IMG/VR virus record: IMGVR_UViG_3300024999_000115 | Coordinates: 1-59,735 of that record | DNA: 59,735 nucleotides | Strand: one strand, 5' to 3' | Origin: a virus | Taxonomy: Duplodnaviria > Caudoviricetes | Part shown: in pieces, positions 47,125 through 55,029 of the stretch | Numbering within the stretch: position 1 is the stretch's first letter | How the letters are laid out: every line of letters starts with the position of its first letter | The notes under the pieces: model-generated | Told to the model about the DNA's origin: nothing | Databases searched by the model: none | Seen by the model: the letters and a program-made list of their open reading frames with translations, nothing else | Made by a program: the position numbers and the translations under genes

Positions 47125-48057
47125 TTAGTTGTCATAAGTATTTTGTTTAAAATGTTCGATTGATTTGAAAATTTGATATACTACCTGTGGAACTATTGCG
47201 TTTCCAAAGGCTTTTATGCTTTCGTTTCTCCACTTAGGAAAGGTAATTCCGTCCAATCGGTTGGAAAACCCATCATTTCCGCTACAAATTGGGGATTGAG
47301 TTGGGAATTGCTCGAAGTTTGAACCCCTATAAAGTTCGCTAATTGCCCTTGATGCGCTCTTTCTCCTGTTGCAATCTTGTCTTTCATTTTCTGAATATCG
47401 TTCGTCCCCTTGTAGTCTCTTGTTGCAGGTGTCGGTAACAGCTTCACTAAGCGAGCCAATCCCACACTCCCGTCCGTTCCGTTCTGGTTTATTTTCCGTG
47501 GCAATCCGGCAGTCTGTTTGAATGTGTCGTTCTTCCCTATTATCGCTCCGGTTGTTGCATCGCTTGTTACCGGAGTAGGCCACAAACCAAACTCGTTCTC
47601 GTCTGTGAGGGGCGTTGACGCTGCAAGCTGGAAGTAAAAACGGGATTGTTTCGTAGCCTTCAGCTTCCATTTCAGCTTGCACTTCGTCGAATACCAGTCC
47701 ATCGTTCCAATTAATAATGCCGGAAACGTTTTCGCCAACAATCCAGGTCGGTTGAATCTCTCGAATTGCTCTAAGCATTTCCGGCCAGAGGTGGCGTTCA
47801 TCCTCTTTGCCAAGTCGTTTTCCGGCTTGTGAGTATGGCTGACATGGAAATCCTCCCGTAAGGATGTCAATGTTTCCTCTGTGAATAGTGAAGTCTGTTT
47901 GTGTAATATCTCCATAACTTATAGCATTTGGCCAATAATAATTCAGTACTTTTTGCCCGAATGGGTTCCACTCACAATGAAAAATATTATTCCACCCCAT
48001 CCACTCGGCTGCTAAGTCAAATCCTCCAATACCGGAGAATAAACTACCATGATTCAT
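47125..48057 (-). CDS. C5 cytosine DNA methyltransferase (main subunit)
   Basis: SLFSGIGG (I), GGFPCQPYS (IV), ENV (VI), PHRRERVW (VIII), KAFGNAIVPQV (X). Confidence 0.92.
   Translation of the reverse strand: MNHGSLFSGIGGFDLAAEWMGWNNIFHCEWNPFGQKVLNYYWPNAISYGDITQTDFTIHRGNIDILTGGFPCQPYSQAGKRLGKEDERHLWPEMLRAIREIQPTWIVGENVSGIINWNDGLVFDEVQAEMEAEGYETIPFLLPACSVNAPHRRERVWFVAYSGNKRCNNRSDNREERHIQTDCRIATENKPERNGRECGIGSLSEAVTDTCNKRLQGDERYSENERQDCNRRKSASRAISELYRGSNFEQFPTQSPICSGNDGFSNRLDGITFPKWRNESIKAFGNAIVPQVVYQIFKSIEHFKQNTYDN
47214..47915 (-). CDS. Nested alternative-frame ORF; probable second methyltransferase subunit (TRD plus motif IX)
   Basis: 233 aa wholly inside the MTase gene; LWPTP/LLPTP repeats and QLNPQFVAEMMGFPTDWT. 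Confidence 0.65.
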   Translation of the reverse strand: MEILHKQTSLFTEETLTSLREDFHVSHTHKPENDLAKRMNATSGRKCLEQFERFNRPGLLAKTFPALLIGTMDWYSTKCKLKWKLKATKQSRFYFQLAASTPLTDENEFGLWPTPVTSDATTGAIIGKNDTFKQTAGLPRKINQNGTDGSVGLARLVKLLPTPATRDYKGTNDIQKMKDKIATGERAHQGQLANFIGVQTSSNSQLNPQFVAEMMGFPTDWTELPFLSGETKA

Positions 48058-48210
48058 ATCTTAATTTTTGTGTGTTTGCTTTGAAAAAAGGGCGGGTATA
48101 ATGCAATGAATGTGCGCACTAAGTTTGTGGAATCCCGCCCTGAACCAAAAAATAAACCTGAACCTAAACCCAATATAGATTGAAAGACCAGTTCAATAAC
48201 TGGTAATTCG

Positions 48211-48293
48211 TGAAGCGGGTAGGATTTGAACCTACGCACGTAAAACCATTTTATTGGATGAACTACCAATTGTCCATTATATAAACCGCTTCA
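48211..48293 (-). tRNA. tRNA-like element with abnormal D and anticodon arms (pseudo-tRNA)
   Basis: TGAAGCGG/CCGCTTCA acceptor stem, GTAGG-TTCAAAT-CCTAC T arm, ATTGG-TAGTTCAT-CCAAT stem-loop, short variable hairpin. Confidence 0.55.
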
Positions 48294-48296
48294 GTT

Positions 48297-48426
48297 TGCC
48301 CCGTATCGTGGGGCCGACGGCTTACGCTGCAAGTCTTACCTGCGGTGTAAACATTGAAATTGATTTGCCTTTTATGGCTGAACTTCTCCGCTACCCTACC
48401 TCTGCCTGTCAAAACCAAACACCCCC
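48297..48426 (-). ncRNA. ssrA: tmRNA coding piece of a permuted two-piece gene
   Basis: Starts GGGGGTGTTTGGTTTTGAC; ATAAAA then tag GKSISMFTPQVRLAA-TAA (48369-48322); GCCCC/GGGGC hairpin after the stop; 3' end approximate. Confidence 0.85.
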
Positions 48427-48537
48427 GAATTATAAACCTTGCACACTAACCACCGTGGGTTACATAGTTGATTCAGTAGGTTTATAAACAACCGTACTAA
48501 CGCGACGGGTTAGCGACAACCGGCGATTGTTTCTTTA

Positions 48538-48713
48538 AAAGCAACACTCTCCTTTGTTCCTATTGCACACCCCGCCCCGAAATGCTGTTTCCGTCCCCTG
48601 TCAGTGGGTATCTCTATTAATCTGTCCTGACTGTCAAGCGTTCGCCGTTCCGCTTTGCTACTTCGGTCGTTTTTTAAGTGAACAAAAATTGCAATATCAA
48701 CAAGTGTTGCTTT
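48538..48713 (-). ncRNA. Unidentified rod-like structured RNA inside the tmRNA intervening segment
   Basis: Nested stems AAAGCAACACT/AGTGTTGCTTT, TATTGCA/TGCAATA, CCGAAGT/ATTTCGG, GTCAG/CTGAC. Confidence 0.5.
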
Positions 48714-48734
48714 CCCTTCCTTCCTTTGTGGATG

Positions 48735-48795
48735 TGGAGGTGGCGGGGATCGAACCCGCGTCCAAACAGTTTCAAATAGTTTCAACGAAATTCGT
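48735..48795 (-). ncRNA. ssrA: tmRNA acceptor piece of the permuted gene
   Basis: ...CTATTTGAAACTGTTTGGAC GCGGG TTCGATC CCCGC CACCTCC A; pairs with the coding piece giving G3-U70; CCA not encoded; 5' end approximate. Confidence 0.85.
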
Positions 48796-48932
48796 GGTAT
48801 GAAAGCAGTCCCCAGCCGTCATACCGTTTTTCTGTTCCCCGTCTGTGTTCTTCACAATCGTTATGAATCCTTTTCACTTCGATTGCCGCAACTGCCTTTA
48901 TGTATTTAATTGTACAATGCGCGAGAAACTCT

Positions 48933-48981
48933 TGAACCCGGTGCAAGATTCGGACTTGCGATACTTCTGTTATTACCGGGC
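48933..48981 (-). ncRNA. Minimal tRNA-like element (acceptor stem and T arm only)
   Basis: GCCCGGT-n15-GCAAG TCCGAAT CTTGC-ACCGGGT TCA. Confidence 0.45.
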
Positions 48982-48997
48982 TAACCAATCAATTCAA

Positions 48998-49660
48998 TCA
49001 AGCGATGGAATACCTCATGTGATACAATCTTCTCATCTCGTTAATTAATTCATCGAATGTCTTGATGTAACCCATGTCACAGGCAAATGCAAGTTTCTTT
49101 TGTACTTCAACCAATTGTTTCAACTGGTCTTGTGACGCTTTGTTTCTTATGCCGGATTCGTGATTGTTAAACACAATCCAGTTTAAGCCTTTTGCTAATT
49201 GAGGATAATTTATGTCCCTGAATCTTTGAACCGCAGAGGTAAGCCCGTTGTAATTGTCGCCGGCTTCGTGTCGGTATTCAATTAACTGGTCGGCAACAAA
49301 TTTAATAACCTGTAATTCAAACCTCGGATTTAACCACATTGCAAACTTGATAAACAGGTAAGGATGATACCAAACTACATCTGCTGTTTTTCCGTTTTTT
49401 GTGTTACGACCTTTGATTATTGTAACTGCCTGAATTTCACCATTGGGAGAAAAATCCCTTTGGCTTTCTATTTCGGATTGCAGTTCATCAATAAATTCCT
49501 GTGTTTGTGATAGCTTTGCAAAATCCTTAATACGTTTTTCTGATTTATTGGCCGAGTTCCATGCTTCCATTAAAGCAGTTGCATTGAACATACCGTCTTG
49601 TGTCCTCTGAATAACATCAAAGCGGCCCATTTTGCGAATCATGTTCACATTAGTTTTCAT
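48998..49660 (-). CDS. KilA-N domain protein (antirepressor-like)
   Basis: QRTQDGMFNATAL...WYHPYLFIKFAMWLNPRFELQV. Confidence 0.88.
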   Translation of the reverse strand: MKTNVNMIRKMGRFDVIQRTQDGMFNATALMEAWNSANKSEKRIKDFAKLSQTQEFIDELQSEIESQRDFSPNGEIQAVTIIKGRNTKNGKTADVVWYHPYLFIKFAMWLNPRFELQVIKFVADQLIEYRHEAGDNYNGLTSAVQRFRDINYPQLAKGLNWIVFNNHESGIRNKASQDQLKQLVEVQKKLAFACDMGYIKTFDELINEMRRLYHMRYSIA

Positions 49661-49672
49661 TCTGTATTTGCT

Positions 49673-49864
49673 TTAAGCGGTTCTAATAACTTCAAGGGTT
49701 GAATTTTCTTTGTTTTTTTTCTGTGTAAATCGAGACTTTGAAATGGTCTGTAACCTCTGGATAGTGGCGTTTACAGTCGTGTACTGCGTTAAAGAGAAGA
49801 TTGCTTTTTCAAAAACCGGAAGGCTTTTTAATGTAGGCGCAACGCCTATTTGATTTTTTTTCAT
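49673..49864 (-). CDS. Small Cro-position protein
   Basis: 63 aa basic ORF, first gene of the leftward early operon, divergent from a CI-like gene. Confidence 0.55.
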   Translation of the reverse strand: MKKNQIGVAPTLKSLPVFEKAIFSLTQYTTVNATIQRLQTISKSRFTQKKNKENSTLEVIRTA

Positions 49865-50007
49865 ACTTTTGTTTGTTTGTTTGCTTTATATTTCGTAAAC
49901 TTTGTTCTGATAATTGATGTACAATGAATGTTTATATGCTTTACAAATTTAAAGCAATGTTTTAAATTTGCAAATTTTTTAAAGCATTTTTTTAAAATAT
50001 TTTTTAA

Positions 50008-50406
50008 ATGTCTGTAAAAGAGAGAATTATGGCTTTTGTAAAATCCCAAAGAATATCAAATTCGGAGTTTTGCCGGACTATTGGGGTGTCAAACGCCTTT
50101 ATTAGTTCAATGCGGGTGTCGCTTCAGCCAGACAAAATAGAAAGCATTGCCTTAAATTACCCCCAATTAAATGTCGATTGGCTCTTGACCGGAGAAGGCC
50201 AAATGTTAAAATCAGAATCAACCAATCCAACAATAAACGTAATGGAAAACCAAACCTTAGTTGAAGAACTTCGGGACAGAATTACAAGTCTCGAAAAACA
50301 ATTGAATGAGAAACAGCAGTTTTGCGAGTTTCTTATGAAGCAGATTAACGAATTGCAGTTGTTAACTACCAGCAACCATGAAATCAAAAAGAAAGAAGCT
50401 GTGTGA
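50008..50406 (+). CDS. CI-like HTH repressor 1
   Basis: ERIMAFVK...EFCRTIGVSNAFIS...LNVDWLLTGEGQM plus coiled coil. Confidence 0.8.
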   Translation: MSVKERIMAFVKSQRISNSEFCRTIGVSNAFISSMRVSLQPDKIESIALNYPQLNVDWLLTGEGQMLKSESTNPTINVMENQTLVEELRDRITSLEKQLNEKQQFCEFLMKQINELQLLTTSNHEIKKKEAV

Positions 50407-50501
50407 GAGTTGTACGCATGAGTTTATCGTCCGGCAAAATTGGCGATACCGGATAAAAGTGAGTTCCTAAATAAAATTCCTGCTTTGATATTGTAAATAA
50501 A

Positions 50502-50969
50502 ATGAATATAAAAATGAAAAACAAGATATTTATCACAGTAATATTTATGGTGTTGTTATCATATAAATCAACGTGCCAGACATATGATTTTATACAACAT
50601 CAATCAACGCAATATCCATCAGGCGGTAAATATGAAATTGTTTCGAGTAGCATAACAAGGGCCAATACATTTAAAATCAATAAATACACAGGAGAGGTAT
50701 TTCAATTTGTTGTTTTTGATGTAGAGAAAAACGAATGTGGCTGGCAGTCTATGTATATTGGAAAACACCCACAGAGCATCACTGAGTTAAATTCATACAA
50801 CGCGCCGGTGTATCAGTTGTTTTTATCAGGAAGAACAAACAAGGATATTTTTTTATTAGATACAAAAACCGGGTTTACATGGAATTTAGTAGAAGATACA
50901 GCGAGCCTTGAAAATTGGTTTTTGCCATTAGTGACAGCAGAATTTTATAGTGAAGAAAAAGATAATTAA
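50502..50969 (+). CDS. Exported protein in the immunity region
   Basis: Signal-peptide-like N-terminus; internal repeat FKINKYTGEVFQ / FLLDTKTGFTWN. Confidence 0.6.
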   Translation: MNIKMKNKIFITVIFMVLLSYKSTCQTYDFIQHQSTQYPSGGKYEIVSSSITRANTFKINKYTGEVFQFVVFDVEKNECGWQSMYIGKHPQSITELNSYNAPVYQLFLSGRTNKDIFLLDTKTGFTWNLVEDTASLENWFLPLVTAEFYSEEKDN

Positions 50970-51184
50970 AGAATGGGGAAAAGTTCATTGGCTTTAATGC
51001 CCACAACTTGAGCAATAATTTCCCGCGTTGGCTTCTTTGGGTTCCTGGTTCCGTTCATCCAGTTCCAAACGCCAGAGTGGGAATAGCCGGTTTTTGCTTC
51101 GAGTTCTTTTCTCAGGTTCAATCGGGTGCGATAGTCAAGCGACTGACGGTAATTTTTGAAAACAGACATATCGACGTTGTTCAT
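50966..51184 (-). CDS. Cro-like HTH protein 2
   Basis: ELEAKTGYSHSGVWNWMNGTRNP; likely start MNNVDMS. Confidence 0.75.
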   Translation of the reverse strand: MNNVDMSVFKNYRQSLDYRTRLNLRKELEAKTGYSHSGVWNWMNGTRNPKKPTREIIAQVVGIKANELFPIL

Positions 51185-51198
51185 ATTTTTTTGGCTTA

Positions 51199-51239
51199 AA
51201 AGTACATAAATAAAGATTACAAAGTAAATAAATAAAGAT
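51199..51239. promoter_or_regulatory. Operator-like 19-bp direct repeat between divergent HTH genes
   Basis: AAAGTACATAAATAAAGAT (51199-51217) and AAAGTAAATAAATAAAGAT (51221-51239). Confidence 0.6.
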
Positions 51240-51597
51240 GGAAACGACAAAGAATGAACGAGTAAAAAGAGTGATTGAGTTTAAGAATATCACACAGGTA
51301 GAACTTGCTAACGTACTTGGGATAAAAAAACAACTGGTTCAAAACTGGATAAGCAACTCTCAGCCGGTTCCCGACAAGTATATTTTACTCCTCATAGAGA
51401 AATATACCGACATAGATGCCCGTTGGCTGGCTACCGGGGCCGGAAGTATCGACGGTAGTATTGCATCCACCCAGGAGCAAATAAACCGCATTAAGAAGCC
51501 TCTGTTGGATATTATCGAAATGAAAGACCTAATAATAGCCGATAAAGAAAGAATGTTAGTAATGAAGGACGATATTATAAAGCTGATGAAAAAATGA
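51238..51597 (+). CDS. CI-like HTH repressor 2
   Basis: ITQVELANVLGIKKQLVQNWI...IDARWLATGAG; stop overlaps the integrase start. Confidence 0.8.
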   Translation: METTKNERVKRVIEFKNITQVELANVLGIKKQLVQNWISNSQPVPDKYILLLIEKYTDIDARWLATGAGSIDGSIASTQEQINRIKKPLLDIIEMKDLIIADKERMLVMKDDIIKLMKK

Positions 51598-52781
51598 AGT
51601 TCGAATTATTTGATTCAAGCAAACTTTCCCCTGTTGTTGGCATAATCAGAATGAGCAGAAAGAACCACAAGATTTTCCTGAAGTATTACTGTGGTTTCTC
51701 CGTCCGGCCCGACCAGTGGAACGAAAAGACTGAACGGGTGCGCGAAGTTTACGGCATACCTTTTAAAGACTACAACAATATAATAGATAAAATAGAAGCT
51801 GCGGTAAAACTTGAATTTAAAAACCGGGATTACTTTTCGATCACATCCGATTCACTCAGGCAGTTAATTGATGCAGCATTAAAAAGAAAAGTATCGTCCG
51901 GGGCCGGAAACAATACGGGTTTCATGGACTACCTGCAAAATTATATTGATACCTCTGGCGTTAAATCAGCAAAATCATTTAAAACCACAAAGGGCAAACT
52001 TCCGGCAAACATATCCTGGTATGACTTCGATTATTCGTGGTATCTGAAATTTGTTGATAAAATGGAAGCAAAAGGTCATGCTAAAAACTACATCGGGCGG
52101 CAAATAAACAACATCAAAATCATTTTAACCCGCGCATTTAAAGAAGGAAAACACCAAAACACCGAATATCTGAAATTCGCTGTACTCCGTGAAGATGTTT
52201 ATAATATCTACCTGTCGGAAGCTGAACTGATAAAAATGTACAATCTTCCTCTGGATGGATACAACGCCCATGTCCGCGATTTATTCATGCTTGGAGCATG
52301 GACGGGAATGAGAGTAAGCAATTACCTCAATATTGATTCTGATTTGAATGTTGACCTTGAAAAGAACATTATCACCGCCATTGTAAACAAAAACGGGCCA
52401 CGGGTACGGATTCCTATTCACTGGATTATTCGGGAGATTATCGAAAAGAACGGCGGCAAACTTCCAAAATCCATCAGCGAACAGAAATTGAACAAACAGA
52501 TTAAGGTTGTCGGGCGGCTGGCTGGTATTACCGAGAAAGTAATAACCGTTAAAACCATCGGCGGGAAGCGAACCGAAATAGTGAAAGACAAGTGCGATAT
52601 GATTTCTTCACACACCTGCCGCCGGAGCCTTGCTACTAACCTTTATTTAAAAGATGTTCCGCTGAAGTATATAATGAGTATCACAGGTCACAAAACGGAA
52701 GCACAAGCCCTGAAATACATCAAATCCGGCCTTGACGAAATTTACGATAAAGTTGCTGAGTTGGATTTCTGGAAGAAGTAA
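51594..52781 (+). CDS. int: Tyrosine recombinase (phage integrase, Bacteroidota type)
   Basis: TGMRVS (R), HTCRRS (HxxR), ITGH (H), LKYIK (Y); N-terminal arm-binding and SAM-like regions. Confidence 0.92.
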   Translation: MKFELFDSSKLSPVVGIIRMSRKNHKIFLKYYCGFSVRPDQWNEKTERVREVYGIPFKDYNNIIDKIEAAVKLEFKNRDYFSITSDSLRQLIDAALKRKVSSGAGNNTGFMDYLQNYIDTSGVKSAKSFKTTKGKLPANISWYDFDYSWYLKFVDKMEAKGHAKNYIGRQINNIKIILTRAFKEGKHQNTEYLKFAVLREDVYNIYLSEAELIKMYNLPLDGYNAHVRDLFMLGAWTGMRVSNYLNIDSDLNVDLEKNIITAIVNKNGPRVRIPIHWIIREIIEKNGGKLPKSISEQKLNKQIKVVGRLAGITEKVITVKTIGGKRTEIVKDKCDMISSHTCRRSLATNLYLKDVPLKYIMSITGHKTEAQALKYIKSGLDEIYDKVAELDFWKK

Positions 52782-52782
52782 A

Positions 52783-53019
52783 TAGGTGCAAAATTTAGGT
52801 GCAAATCACCTTTACAAAACTTCGCATCGAATTGTAAAGAAATCAGCTACACGCCGCACCGCGTTTACAAAACACCGTAAATTGTTGTAAACAGAAAAAT
52901 ACTGCGGTACTCCCGGTAGGGTCAATAAATGTAAATAGTTAAACGTCTGTAAATCAAAACTTACAGGCGTTTTTCATTTTTAAAAAGGTGTTAAAAATAG
53001 GTGTAAAGCGGTGTAAAAA
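52783..53019 (+). other. Putative attP: arm repeats flanking a core that resembles a tRNA 3' end
   Basis: TAGGTGCAAA x2 (52783, 52796); core-like CTCCCGGTAGGGTCA (52910-52924); hairpin AAACGTCTGTAA/TTACAGGCGTTT; three GGTGT(T)AAA repeats at 52986-53019. Confidence 0.65.
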
Positions 53020-53098
53020 AGGGGCTGCCTGTGCAACCCCTCGTATTAACCTAAACCTAAACTTATGAAACAAAACTGGAGCAGAAGCCCCTGAGTGT

Positions 53099-53635
53099 TT
53101 ATTTTGATATTAAACTCTTTATCCAACCACCTTTAAACTTGTAAACAATGAATCCGGCCCCGGCAAGTACAACCAGAATGAAAAACCACAAGGTAAATTT
53201 GTAAAACTTCGGGACGTACTTCTCTGGCGGCAAAACAACTGTATTATCAGTAGTGGTATTTGTCACGGCCCTTTCAAGGTAAATAGTATCGTGAATAGGA
53301 ACCTGAACAATATTATTGACATATCCCGCCCTTAAATCCAAAACAGAACTATCGACCTTTGCGCTGGCCCAAATATTACCAAAAGTCTTTCGGGTGTAAT
53401 CCATGAAACACTTGTTGTCCTTAATGTACACATTTTTTGTAAGGTAAACCGTGTCATTGGGTAGCTTAACTTCAATTATCCGGTCTTTGTAAATTGTAGT
53501 ATCTCGATACTCAATTTTTACTACCGATTCAGTTACGCAAACTTTGGCGAATTTGTTACAGTTACGTTCAATTCGTTCTACTGTCAGGCATGATGTCAAT
53601 GATAACACCATGACCGCTAAAATTATCTTTCTCAT
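53099..53635 (-). CDS. Spanin-like lipoprotein with C-terminal TM helix
   Basis: Lipobox SLTSC and C-terminal FTLWFFILVVLAGAGFIVY; last gene of the lysis module. Confidence 0.65.
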   Translation of the reverse strand: MRKIILAVMVLSLTSCLTVERIERNCNKFAKVCVTESVVKIEYRDTTIYKDRIIEVKLPNDTVYLTKNVYIKDNKCFMDYTRKTFGNIWASAKVDSSVLDLRAGYVNNIVQVPIHDTIYLERAVTNTTTDNTVVLPPEKYVPKFYKFTLWFFILVVLAGAGFIVYKFKGGWIKSLISK

Positions 53636-53847
53636 TTCTTTGGTATTTGTGATGAAACCCTGCTCAAATCAAACATATATCCAAGCATTACTGTTCCAAA
53701 AAAAGCAATGCCGCCCGTTAAATCAACCTGAGTAAAGAAATCGACTGCTGATGCAATCAACCATGCTGCAATCAGCGCTAAATTCACCTTGCTCCTGAAC
53801 ACATTTTTAACCCACGGTGTTATCGGGTTTGCTACTTTGATTTTCAT
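53632..53847 (-). CDS. Holin-like membrane protein
   Basis: 71 aa, two hydrophobic helices, lysis module. Confidence 0.55.
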   Translation of the reverse strand: MKIKVANPITPWVKNVFRSKVNLALIAAWLIASAVDFFTQVDLTGGIAFFGTVMLGYMFDLSRVSSQIPKK

Positions 53848-54076
53848 TTTTTTCCTGTTTTATTTCCTGTGATTTTTGTGCGAATAAGAAAGCCATTGCC
53901 GAACCTGCAATAGTTACAAAGAGCGTTCCTGCTGCTATTGCTGCCTGAACTATGTCGTCTTTTCCGAGATACAACACAACGCAATTTTCAACCAGCGCAA
54001 ACAGGATAATTATAAACCCGATCAGCCTGGATGATGAATTATTGCCCGATATAGACTGGAAAAATCCGTTTTTCAT
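53807..54076 (-). CDS. Holin-like membrane protein
   Basis: GNNSSSRLIG followed by two TM helices. Confidence 0.6.
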   Translation of the reverse strand: MKNGFFQSISGNNSSSRLIGFIIILFALVENCVVLYLGKDDIVQAAIAAGTLFVTIAGSAMAFLFAQKSQEIKQEKNENQSSKPDNTVG

Positions 54077-54489
54077 ACTAACCTCCTATATCCTAATAAA
54101 TTTTCTTTACTGTAAGCTGAAATTTTAACTGTATCGCTCTGGTTTCCTCCCAGAACATTAATAAACCCATCCAGTTCGTTAATGTAAAAAGCAACATGCC
54201 CCTGCCATGCCGAATTACCACGTTTAAAAACCGCCACATCCCCTAATTGCGGTTCAGTTACTTCGGTTCCTACTTTCAGCCAACTACGGGCATCAGCTTT
54301 GTTGCTTCGTGGCAATCCGGCTTTCAGCGCAACCCAATTGGCAAAAATGCTACACCACGGAGTTTCATCATCATTCACCCACTTGAAGCCAGATTCGTTG
54401 GCATAATCAACAATCGTGCGGTTGTTTGCTTTGCCTGATATTTCCTTTGTTCCGTACTGGCTCAGTGCTATTTCTATCAGTGTTTTCAT
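54073..54489 (-). CDS. Endolysin, TIGR02594-type CHAP/NlpC-P60-like cysteine amidase
   Basis: DDETPWCSIFANW, ARSW, GHVAFY, LGGNQSDTV; likely start MKTLIEIA. Confidence 0.85.
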   Translation of the reverse strand: MKTLIEIALSQYGTKEISGKANNRTIVDYANESGFKWVNDDETPWCSIFANWVALKAGLPRSNKADARSWLKVGTEVTEPQLGDVAVFKRGNSAWQGHVAFYINELDGFINVLGGNQSDTVKISAYSKENLLGYRRLV

Positions 54490-54959
54490 AGCTTGAAAAT
54501 TAGTTGTAAAATCAAAAGCAAACCGGCCCCAACAGAAGAAGCAACAAGCCACTGCTGCCATGCAAATTTCCTTACTGCTTGTTTTTTTGTTTCTACATCT
54601 TCCAGTGTTTTTATCCTCGTACTGTACGGGCAGTTGGTTTCATGGTTTAAATCAGCGATTTTAAGGTCTGAAACTTGTTTTTCGAGGTCTGTTACCCGTC
54701 CATTTGTTTTTTCGGTCGTCAACAACAGCACTTCAGTTTCAAGTTTATTAACCCGTCCGTTTGTTAATTTTGCCTGGTCTTTTGTTTCAGTGGCTATGCT
54801 TTCAACCCTCGCAACATTAGCATTAAGAACATTAAGTCTGCCAATTATCTCAGAAATATGCCCCGATAATACGTCGGTAAGCATCTGTCGTACTTCTTCT
54901 CTGTCTTCAGTCTTCATTCTGAATACTCTTTTTGATTCAACAATCTTTTTATCTTCCAT
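54486..54959 (-). CDS. Coiled-coil protein with C-terminal TM helix (lysis module)
   Basis: TNGRV..LE repeated twice; terminal hydrophobic helix. Confidence 0.6.
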   Translation of the reverse strand: MEDKKIVESKRVFRMKTEDREEVRQMLTDVLSGHISEIIGRLNVLNANVARVESIATETKDQAKLTNGRVNKLETEVLLLTTEKTNGRVTDLEKQVSDLKIADLNHETNCPYSTRIKTLEDVETKKQAVRKFAWQQWLVASSVGAGLLLILQLIFKL

Positions 54960-55029
54960 TTTTCTTTTTTCATTGCGGGAAATTTAATTAGGTTGTAAAA
55001 TTGATTCTATTTCCTTCAATTACATTTCG

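Noticed and set aside
48054-49048. Short ORFs called over the RNA cluster (48054..48269, 48254..48487, 48510..48785, 48554..48802, 48782..48988, 48845..49048)
   Set aside because: No protein motifs, and they overlap tmRNA/tRNA-like structures; probably spurious
51594-52781. Integron integrase (IntI) serving the cassette array
   Set aside because: It lies 13 kb away, is coupled to a repressor and attP, has an arm-binding N-terminus, and shows no recognisable IntI-specific insertion
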